A stretch of DNA of 63,237 nucleotides from Candidatus Poseidoniaceae archaeon (GTDB taxonomy: Archaea > Thermoplasmatota > Poseidoniia > Poseidoniales > Poseidoniaceae): the NCBI GenBank assembly GCA_938084455.1, contig CALKDX010000023.1, positions 1 to 63,237 of the forward strand, written 5' to 3'. Of this stretch, positions 53,966 to 61,780 are shown in pieces (within the stretch, counting starts at the first letter, position 1; each line of letters opens with the position of its first letter). Under the pieces are notes generated by a model. The model was not told where the DNA came from and did not search any database. It worked only from the letters and a program-made list of their open reading frames with translations. The translations under genes and the position numbers were made by a program.

Positions 53966-54956
53966 CGACAGTGCTTGAGATGGCGGCTCCAATGTGTCGC
54001 GCACCATTGTCAACGCAACCAAGAATTTGGTCCCCAATCTTCAGCGTTGTGACTGACATTGGATTCCCATTTGCGCCGACTGCTCGTACCGTCTCTGCTT
54101 GTTGTAAGAACATGTGCCCCTCTTTATGGTTTTCATCCACCCATCGGAATAATAACATTGGGCGGCGCTCGATTTTTATTCTTCCAATGGTCATGGTTCG
54201 GGATGTTCCTTCCTCATTGACGACGCTAACCGTGTCGCCAGAAGACAGTTCGGAAATGTAATTGGTTGTCCCATCGGCCATGAGGGTGTAGGATTGCGGA
54301 GTGCCAGCATTAACGCGGAACGGACGGACTGGAACAAAATCAGAGGGAATTGTTTCACCATGCACCAGCATGAAACTGGTCGCATTTGACCCAATAAGCA
54401 TCCCTTCGCCCTTGTCAAGAAGCGAGGTGAAGTCGATGCAATACCGGTCTCCAACGCCGCCTTCTTCAACTCCAGTGATTTCTAAGATGGAAAGGGAAAG
54501 TTCCTGCGGGCTTTCACCATCTGGTTCGAAGTGTTCTTGCCGCTCTAAGCGGAGCGTCTTTGCAATCAAGGCGGCATCAACCATAGCAGGCTGTGAATCG
54601 ACCACGACAGCATCGACCCCTTGTTCGAGTGCGAAAGCAGCCCCTTGAATCTGGTGTGGCTCAGTGAGCAGTGCGGCGATTCTTGTCGGGGTGCCTTCAG
54701 CAGCAGCGATCAGGTTCTCAATCGGGATCATGGACCAATCATTGAATGAAACCAGCAGCCAAGACACGCTTCCAATCAACGCCTTTGCTTCGTCCTGTCC
54801 GCTGGTGTCCTCGATGTGGCTGTAGGCTCCAAAAATGGAGCCACTCTGCATGATTTTGTTTCCATTGATGGTGAGGTGACCTTCCGCCAACATTCGATCG
54901 AATCCTTCGGGAAGAGAGTCCTCTTCTTCCGAACGGCAATCAATCCAGATTTCCAT
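53955..54956 (-). CDS. aroB': 3-dehydroquinate synthase II (archaeal type)
   Basis: 333 aa. The start (MEIWIDCR) and the length fit the DHQS-II family. It lies between ADH synthase and shikimate kinase. Confidence 0.7.
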   Translation of the reverse strand: MEIWIDCRSEEEDSLPEGFDRMLAEGHLTINGNKIMQSGSIFGAYSHIEDTSGQDEAKALIGSVSWLLVSFNDWSMIPIENLIAAAEGTPTRIAALLTEPHQIQGAAFALEQGVDAVVVDSQPAMVDAALIAKTLRLERQEHFEPDGESPQELSLSILEITGVEEGGVGDRYCIDFTSLLDKGEGMLIGSNATSFMLVHGETIPSDFVPVRPFRVNAGTPQSYTLMADGTTNYISELSSGDTVSVVNEEGTSRTMTIGRIKIERRPMLLFRWVDENHKEGHMFLQQAETVRAVGANGNPMSVTTLKIGDQILGCVDNGARHIGAAISSTVDER

Positions 54957-54965
54957 TGTGCTTCC

Positions 54966-55763
54966 TCACAATCCACAGGCCACGATGGCCTCTTCGACGG
55001 TTGAACCTTGATGAACCAACATCACGAGAGCACGGGCGATTCCTTCGACGTTGTCGTGAGCGAACACTTGCCGACCCATGCACACTCCTGAGGCACCAGC
55101 ATCCAATGCTGTGCGCACCATCGTCAGAATTTGATGGCTATCACCGGTTGAAGGTCCACCTGCAACCAAGATTGGAATTGGTGCTGCTGCCGCAATCACA
55201 CCAAACGATTCAGCATCACCAGTCCATACGGTTTTTGCTGCATCGCACCCAAGTTCGAAAGCGAGACGAACGGCGTGTGCATTGCCGTTTGTCGGATCGC
55301 CAGGTACAGGGTTGAGGTGTTCTCCACGAGCATAAACCATGCCAAACATTGGAAGTTGATGGTGGAGGGCTTCGCGACTAATTTGTCCCATGCGTTCAAT
55401 CATGGATGCTTCATTTGGGCTGCCCATGTTGACTTGGCATGAAACTCCGATTCCGCCCCGAGGGAGAACCTCATCTGCGTGACCAACAAGCACTTTGTTG
55501 GTGGCATCTGGGCCAGCATGGCGAGTGGATACAGATAGGTGAACGACCATTGATGTTTGACTTCCTTGACAAAGATGGTGGTATCGGCTCACAACTCCTT
55601 TCTGCGCCAGAATCCCATCAACGCCTGCGTTGACGAGTGAGCGGATGACTGCTTCAGTGTCGCTGAGTCCATGAATTGGAAAATCAGAGGCACCGTGGTC
55701 GATTGGTATCCATACACCTCTGCCCTGAGGCAACAACTTTTCGAGCCGTTGGGCTTTGTTCAT
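54966..55763 (-). CDS. aroA': 2-amino-3,7-dideoxy-D-threo-hept-6-ulosonate (ADH) synthase, DhnA-type class I aldolase
   Basis: DhnA/FbaB-family TIM barrel (IPIDHG, Schiff-base Lys context CDAAKTVW, ILVAGGP). Operon context with DHQS-II supports the call. Confidence 0.7.
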   Translation of the reverse strand: MNKAQRLEKLLPQGRGVWIPIDHGASDFPIHGLSDTEAVIRSLVNAGVDGILAQKGVVSRYHHLCQGSQTSMVVHLSVSTRHAGPDATNKVLVGHADEVLPRGGIGVSCQVNMGSPNEASMIERMGQISREALHHQLPMFGMVYARGEHLNPVPGDPTNGNAHAVRLAFELGCDAAKTVWTGDAESFGVIAAAAPIPILVAGGPSTGDSHQILTMVRTALDAGASGVCMGRQVFAHDNVEGIARALVMLVHQGSTVEEAIVACGL

Positions 55764-55811
55764 GCTTGGTCCAACCCCTCTCCATTCTCAAGGTTTCGCA
55801 CTTTGACCGAC

Positions 55812-56447
55812 TTACTGAATTTGGTCTGCACCCCAGTGCATTAACGAAATTTCTGCCCGGCTAAGATGCTCTTGAAGGGTCGAACGTGGCGTTTCCATCA
55901 ACTCTGCGAGCTCTCTCAAATTAATTCGCTTAGGATGCTCATAATACCCCGAGCGGACAGCTATTTTCATGCATTCAATCTGCCGTTCGGTAAGTAAACT
56001 CTCGACTGTGCTGGTGTTGCTTTCGATTTCAACGACCTTGACCATGTCTGGCGGAAGGATTTTCCGAGCGATTTTCAAGAAGTCGGAAATACCACTTGGC
56101 ACACCTCTTACCTTGATGGAAATTCCCTCGCCACCGTAAGTGTATGGTGGCAAAATATGAATGTCGGGGAACTTGATGGCAGCAATGGACAGTGGGTGTG
56201 AATTCCAAACTACGAGATGGCCTCCATTGCCCACTCCTAGGACAGATTCGACTTTCAAGAACGGAACCTCATTAAGATCCTCGGGGCCCTTCCCTTCACA
56301 GAACGATGGTGAAATGAGTTGACGAATGCCATCTTCCCCAATATCAAGGTGCCCCACAACCTCCAAATTGTGAGCAATTGAAGCAATTGGCGCGTATTCT
56401 GAGGATGCGACCGTTTGGGCCGTCCAGCGAAGGTGAATCTCTCGCAT
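55812..56447 (-). CDS. HTH_10 (bacterio-opsin-activator-type) transcription regulator
   Basis: C-terminal LTERQIECMKIAVRSGYYEHPKRINLRELAELMETPRSTLQEHLSRAE. Confidence 0.8.
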   Translation of the reverse strand: MREIHLRWTAQTVASSEYAPIASIAHNLEVVGHLDIGEDGIRQLISPSFCEGKGPEDLNEVPFLKVESVLGVGNGGHLVVWNSHPLSIAAIKFPDIHILPPYTYGGEGISIKVRGVPSGISDFLKIARKILPPDMVKVVEIESNTSTVESLLTERQIECMKIAVRSGYYEHPKRINLRELAELMETPRSTLQEHLSRAEISLMHWGADQIQ

Positions 56448-56546
56448 CGTATAACTTTAGGAAGGCATGGTATATTTGCTTGCCCTATGTTTTTTCGATG
56501 TGCGTCAATCGATTTCCGGTTTTGAACTCCATCGTTCTACCAAGGT

Positions 56547-56586
56547 AATTTAATATTCGACCGGCCGGTCGGACCACCTGGTCGAA
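56547..56586 (+). promoter_or_regulatory. TATA-like box plus a palindromic operator upstream of the TetR gene
   Basis: aatttaatattc at 56547-56558. Perfect 14-bp palindrome CGACCGGCCGGTCG at 56558-56571, nested in the outer inverted repeat TTCGACC (56556-56562) / GGTCGAA (56580-56586). The outer repeat ends on the A of the start codon. Confidence 0.55.
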
Positions 56587-57212
56587 TGCCTCTCGTACGC
56601 TATGAATCCATTGACGAATCCCTCAAAACAAGGATTCTTGATGTTTCTAAGGATGAATTCTCCGCCCACGGATTTGAAGGCGCTTCGTACAACAAAATCA
56701 TTCAAAAAATAGGCATCTCAAAAGGTTCGATGTACTATTACTTCGAAAACAAAGAAGATCTGTTCATCACTTGCTTTATCGATGCTTTTGCACGTGCAAC
56801 AGGAGGTTTCGATTTTGCAAAGGCCTCATTCCCCTTGGCAGAGGACAAACCAACATATTGGGATTCAATTAAGATGATTTCATCAAAACAATGGAATGAT
56901 GTTTTTCAGCAACCGGTCTTTATGTCCCTCATGCGCCAATTGGTTTCACTGGGAACGGATCACCCCATTTTCCATAAGTTGAACGCAGAATGTGAGGGCT
57001 TGAGAGAGTATGGTGACATAATGGCCATACTCGAACACGGAGTCAAGATTGGGGCAATCCGTGATGATGTTCCCCTCAATGTACTCATTCGCATGAACAC
57101 CGAATATGAGGTGTGGCTGATACAAGAAACGCAAGAGGGGCGTATAGACGAACAAAAGGCGATTGACAAATTATTCGAGATGTTTAAACAACTCTTTGAA
57201 GCAAGAAGGTGA
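56586..57212 (+). CDS. TetR-family transcription regulator
   Basis: N-terminal HTH (FEGASYNKIIQKIGISKGSMYYYFENKEDLF). 208 aa. Confidence 0.85.
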   Translation: MPLVRYESIDESLKTRILDVSKDEFSAHGFEGASYNKIIQKIGISKGSMYYYFENKEDLFITCFIDAFARATGGFDFAKASFPLAEDKPTYWDSIKMISSKQWNDVFQQPVFMSLMRQLVSLGTDHPIFHKLNAECEGLREYGDIMAILEHGVKIGAIRDDVPLNVLIRMNTEYEVWLIQETQEGRIDEQKAIDKLFEMFKQLFEARR

Positions 57213-57217
57213 AATAA

Positions 57218-57931
57218 ATGAAAAAATTATTGCAAATGGAAAACCTAGAACGGCATTACGAAACGCCTGCAGGCGTCGTCAAAGCTCTTGACGGGGTGAG
57301 TTTTGAAATCCACGAAGGTGAACGTGTGATTCTTCTCGGCCCGTCGGGTTCAGGAAAGACCACGCTTCTGAATTGTCTTTCAGCCCTCGACAGTCCAACC
57401 GGTGGCGAGTACACCTTCATGTCCAAACAAACTGGAGGGTTGGATGCAGTCCCCCGAAATAGTTCCGAGAAAATGACTTCTTTCCGAAGAGAAAACATCG
57501 GGTATGTGTTCCAATTCTTCAATCTCCTGCAGGACCTCACCGTTCTTGAAAACATCCTCTTGATCCAAGAATTGGCTGGTAAAAAAGACCCTGTGCGAGC
57601 GAAGGAATTGTTGAAACTCGTCGGTCTAGAAGCCGAAGTCGACCGTTTCCCTGGTGAAATCAGTGGCGGACAACAACAGCGAGTGGCCATTGCACGAAGC
57701 ATTGCAAAGCGTCCAACTCTTCTGCTCGGCGATGAACTCACTGGCAACCTCGATACAGAAACTTCGAACAAAGTGATGGAAGCCTTGGTGAGCGCATGTA
57801 AGCAAGAAAACATCACTTCAGTGTTTGTTACACACGACGAGGGCTTGGTCAGGTATGCGACCCGAGTCATCCGGATTGACAGTGGCAAAATTATCTCGGA
57901 CGAACTGACGATCAACGACTCTTCAGAGTGA
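57218..57931 (+). CDS. ABC transporter ATP-binding protein (MacB/LolD-like)
   Basis: Motifs GPSGSGKTTLLN, ISGGQQQRVAIARS and LLGDELTGNLD. Confidence 0.9.
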   Translation: MKKLLQMENLERHYETPAGVVKALDGVSFEIHEGERVILLGPSGSGKTTLLNCLSALDSPTGGEYTFMSKQTGGLDAVPRNSSEKMTSFRRENIGYVFQFFNLLQDLTVLENILLIQELAGKKDPVRAKELLKLVGLEAEVDRFPGEISGGQQQRVAIARSIAKRPTLLLGDELTGNLDTETSNKVMEALVSACKQENITSVFVTHDEGLVRYATRVIRIDSGKIISDELTINDSSE

Positions 57932-57940
57932 GGATTTACC

Positions 57941-60388
57941 ATGTCTGCTCTCTTGAACAAGCGCTTGGCTCGAAGCCTATGGCGAACCAAATTACGGCTT
58001 CTGGCCGTGGTATTGATGGTGTTTGTCGGCGTTTTTGCTGGCATAACCTTTGGCGGCTATGCCTACAACCTCGGAGGTATGTACGATACCATGCAAGCCG
58101 ATGATGAAAACGGGGCGAATCTCGCAGATTTGTGGATCGACAACCGCAGTGCTCTTTGGACACCAGAAGATGTCAACACATTCTGTACTGCATTAGAAAG
58201 CGCATGGGATACTTCATCAGTTTCTCAATCGCTTGACTCATGTGAGGGTCGAACCGTGACACAAGGCGCAATGTTTCACACCAACGATACCGGTCAGCAC
58301 ATCATCAACTCACTGTGGCACGGCATTGCTGATGGTGCCAACGCCGACCGTGTCTGGATGCCAGAGGGTCATTCCGAAGGCAGAACCGCCGTTGCTGCTG
58401 ATGAGATTGTCATCGATGCTCACGTGACGGAGGCGCTTGACCTTCATCTTGGCGATACGGTCACGATTGGGGCGGGAAACGCAACGGCTGAATTCACGAT
58501 TGTAGGCACGGGGTATCACCCACTTCACGTCCTCTTTGCACCTGAAGGTGAATTGTTCCCCTCCGAGCCAGGTCAATACGTCGTAGGCTACCTTTCTGAT
58601 GCTGGAATGGCTCGTCTTACCGGTGAAGTCGTTGGCACCAGCAACATGATTCTGTTGGATGTCGAAGGCACACCATCGTTTGATCTACCCGACACCAGCG
58701 AGAATGAAGGCGATGAAATTGATGAGGTGAAGGAACTTGTTGATGCGGCTCTTGACGAAGCAGCGTTGGACGCCCGTGTTCGAGACCGAGGGCAAAACGA
58801 ACCCGTTGAGGTCATGCGACAGGATTTGGAAGGAACCAAGCGAACGACCGTCCCGTTCACCGTCATGATCGCTTCTATTGCCGCTATCACCATTGTCCTC
58901 AGTCTTCAACGCTTGGTTCAAAGCCAAGCCAAGGAAATCGCAGTGCTGCGAACACTAGGGGTCAAGCGCTCATCGCTCATGACAGGCTACCTCATTGCTC
59001 CTTTGGCGATCGGTGGGCTCGGGTGTGCACTTGGGGCATTAGCAGGGCCAGCCGGCATGAATGGAATGTTGGATTTTTACCAAAATTTGGTTGGCGTCCC
59101 GATTGTGGAACGCATCGTTCCAACTTCAGTTGTTGCATCTGTCATTGGCTCGACCATGCTCGTGGTGTTCTTCTCGGGTGCTTTCCCTGCATGGAAGGCA
59201 AGCCGCCTCGACCCTTTAGCCGTGTTAAGCGGTCAAAACGAGATGCGGGTGGGGTCAAACCTCCTGCGAAAACTCACTTCATGGATGCCAACAACGCTTG
59301 GACTCTCCATTCGTTCAAGCGTTCGAAAACCCGTTCGACTCACCATGACATTTGTTGCCGTTGGTATTTCTCTTATGCTGTTTGGTTCAATTCAAATGAT
59401 GTCGGCTGGACTCCAAGATACGATGGTAGGAAGTCTAGAAGACGACCAAACATGGGATGCGCAAGTCTACATCATGCCAGATGGCGAACAACCCGTTGTG
59501 GATTGGGCGGAAAATAAGGCTGTCAATTATGAAATGATCATTGAAATGCCGCTTGGTTCGGTTGCTGATGCTGACGGAATAGATCGGACCTTCACGCTCG
59601 TGGGCCTTGACTCATTTGAAACAGGCATGCGCGCCGTTTCTCTCTTGGAGGGCAATACACCCACTGCAAACTCAACAATTCCTCAAGTCATGATGGATGA
59701 AGGAAGCATGATGTTCCTTGGTTGGAGCATTGGAGAGCAGCAGACAGTCAGTCTTAATGGCGCTCAAACTGAGGTCGAAATTGTTGCAAAATCGTCTGCA
59801 GAATTGGCGAGAGCGATGTATTTCCTTAGAGAAGATCTGAGCGGGATTTTAGGCGTCAATGCGACTTCAGTCTACCTCGAACTTCCACAAGGTGTCGAGG
59901 TTGATTCTGCTTTAGGAGAGGCATCCATGGGTATTGTTGAGCGCCAGACACTCCTCAATGGCATCAACAGTTTGCTCGACCAGCAGACTCAGATTTTCCA
60001 GACGATGATGTACCTTGGATTGCTGTTCACGGTTGTTGTCATGTTCAATACCATGATCATGAACGTAGCCGAACGTGATTTTGAACTGGCCACATTACGT
60101 GTTCTTGGTGCATCCACACGCAACCTTGGAATGATGCTCTTGTTTGAGAGCTTGCTGATTGGCATTGTTGGCGGCATCGTCGGCGTTCTGTTCGCCTATG
60201 GAGGGGCGGTTGGACTCGCAGCATCGTTTTCATCCTGGCAATTTTTTGTACCGGTGACAATTGTTCCTAGCGTAGCATGGCAGCTGATGTCAGGCGTTAT
60301 TCTCATCGCAGTGGCTATGACGCCTTTCGGCGTATGGCGCCTACGTCGAATGGATTTGGTTGAAAAAGTCAAAGATTTGTCTGCTTAA
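57941..60388 (+). CDS. FtsX-like ABC permease with two FtsX modules and large extracytoplasmic domains
   Basis: 815 aa with the typical N-terminal RSLWRTKLRLLAVVLMV helix. Two 3-4-helix bundles are separated by soluble domains. Confidence 0.8.
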   Translation: MSALLNKRLARSLWRTKLRLLAVVLMVFVGVFAGITFGGYAYNLGGMYDTMQADDENGANLADLWIDNRSALWTPEDVNTFCTALESAWDTSSVSQSLDSCEGRTVTQGAMFHTNDTGQHIINSLWHGIADGANADRVWMPEGHSEGRTAVAADEIVIDAHVTEALDLHLGDTVTIGAGNATAEFTIVGTGYHPLHVLFAPEGELFPSEPGQYVVGYLSDAGMARLTGEVVGTSNMILLDVEGTPSFDLPDTSENEGDEIDEVKELVDAALDEAALDARVRDRGQNEPVEVMRQDLEGTKRTTVPFTVMIASIAAITIVLSLQRLVQSQAKEIAVLRTLGVKRSSLMTGYLIAPLAIGGLGCALGALAGPAGMNGMLDFYQNLVGVPIVERIVPTSVVASVIGSTMLVVFFSGAFPAWKASRLDPLAVLSGQNEMRVGSNLLRKLTSWMPTTLGLSIRSSVRKPVRLTMTFVAVGISLMLFGSIQMMSAGLQDTMVGSLEDDQTWDAQVYIMPDGEQPVVDWAENKAVNYEMIIEMPLGSVADADGIDRTFTLVGLDSFETGMRAVSLLEGNTPTANSTIPQVMMDEGSMMFLGWSIGEQQTVSLNGAQTEVEIVAKSSAELARAMYFLREDLSGILGVNATSVYLELPQGVEVDSALGEASMGIVERQTLLNGINSLLDQQTQIFQTMMYLGLLFTVVVMFNTMIMNVAERDFELATLRVLGASTRNLGMMLLFESLLIGIVGGIVGVLFAYGGAVGLAASFSSWQFFVPVTIVPSVAWQLMSGVILIAVAMTPFGVWRLRRMDLVEKVKDLSA

Positions 60389-60441
60389 GGATAGGCAAAC
60401 GACCGATGCTACAATAGACAAGTTCCACTTAGCGGTGATTA

Positions 60442-61674
60442 ATGGACCCCCAATCGATGGGAATGCTTGCTGTCCTTGGTGGCGGCTTTGGTATCGGTTT
60501 GTGGTACATTGTTGCTCGCAGTGATGCGAAATTGGCCATGCGCCAAGGCATGAATCCGGAAGGGTTGCGATACGGTAGCAACCAACCAGGGTTTGGGAAT
60601 GCAAAACAGCAAATCAACGCAAAGTTAGCCATTGTCGAAGAACGCCGCCGCGCAAGAGAACTTGCCCAAGGGCGTCTAGCACAACTCGAGGCGGAGCGCA
60701 ACGTCGCCAAGCAAGCCGCAAACAGGTCTGCTCAAGAAGCGGCCAATCAAGCCCGTGAAGCCGAGCGGTTGCGCCTTGCTGCAATCGCTCAAGCACAAGC
60801 AGAAGCTGATGCAGAGGCCCAGCGAGCGGAAGACGAAGCAGAACGCCGTCGCAGAGAGCGTGAAGAAGCCCGTTTGGCCGAAGCACGCATGGCTCAAATC
60901 GCTGAAATGGAAGCCCAACGCCAATCCGAACTTGACGCAGCTGAAGCGGCTCGCCTTCAAGAGATTGAATCTGCAAGGCAAGCCGAAGCAGTTCAATCCA
61001 AGCAAGCAGCGCAAGCCGCAATGAAGGAACTTCAGGAGCGACTTGAGCGTGAAGGTGCCCGTTCTTCTGACGTGCAAGTGTCCTTGATGTGGAACAATTT
61101 CAACGACTTAGATCTGCACATTGTGTGTCCATCTGGTGAGCGAATCCACGGGGGAAATAAGATTTCGAAGTGCGGTGGAGAACTCGATGTCGACGCGAAC
61201 GTTCGACCGGAAACAAAGAAACCCGTCGAAAATGTGTTCTGGCCCGAGGGCACAGCTCCAGCAGGGCAATACCAAGTGTATGTCCATCACTACAAGAAGC
61301 ACAAAAAGCGACGCTCCAGGGATCCAACGAAGTTCCAGTTGATCGTTAACTCTGTTGGAGATGTGATGGAATACAAGGCTGCTCTCACGCACGGGGACCC
61401 GATCATGCTGGTTGCAACATTTGAGGTTCCGAGCATGGCTGAGCGCCGCCGCAAGCAGAAAGAACTGGAAGACCAAATAGCAGCATTAGAACGCGGGGAA
61501 GAGGTCTCCGTTTCGCAAGAAGTGGCACTTGAAACTCCACAAACGGAACAATCCGAAGCGCTCGTCTCAGAATTGAATGAACGGCTTGAACGCGAAGGGG
61601 CAGAATCGACCTTTGATTTGCCAAGTGCCCCAGACCTCGACAAACTTTCTGACGGTTCTTTAGACCAAGGTTGA
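60442..61674 (+). CDS. Membrane-anchored coiled-coil protein with an uncharacterised globular domain
   Basis: N-terminal helix (MLAVLGGGFGIGLWYIVA). About 170 aa of E/A/R/Q-rich helix. Globular segment VQVSLMWNNFNDLDLHIVCPSGERIHGG...GGELDVDANV...ENVFWPEG...GQYQVYVHHY. Confidence 0.65.
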   Translation: MDPQSMGMLAVLGGGFGIGLWYIVARSDAKLAMRQGMNPEGLRYGSNQPGFGNAKQQINAKLAIVEERRRARELAQGRLAQLEAERNVAKQAANRSAQEAANQAREAERLRLAAIAQAQAEADAEAQRAEDEAERRRREREEARLAEARMAQIAEMEAQRQSELDAAEAARLQEIESARQAEAVQSKQAAQAAMKELQERLEREGARSSDVQVSLMWNNFNDLDLHIVCPSGERIHGGNKISKCGGELDVDANVRPETKKPVENVFWPEGTAPAGQYQVYVHHYKKHKKRRSRDPTKFQLIVNSVGDVMEYKAALTHGDPIMLVATFEVPSMAERRRKQKELEDQIAALERGEEVSVSQEVALETPQTEQSEALVSELNERLEREGAESTFDLPSAPDLDKLSDGSLDQG

Positions 61675-61780
61675 GTGCTTACATCCAGCATCTTGGTCAA
61701 CCACTTGGGGATTTATCCTTCGAACAGAATAAAAAACTGCAGGGGAAAAGGTTGAAACTCGGCTTTCGACTCCTTTAGCC

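Noticed and set aside
57256-58044. 262-aa minus-strand ORF
   Set aside because: It is antisense to an ABC ATPase with intact Walker A, signature and Walker B motifs. The translation is Ser/Arg/Pro-rich with no motif.
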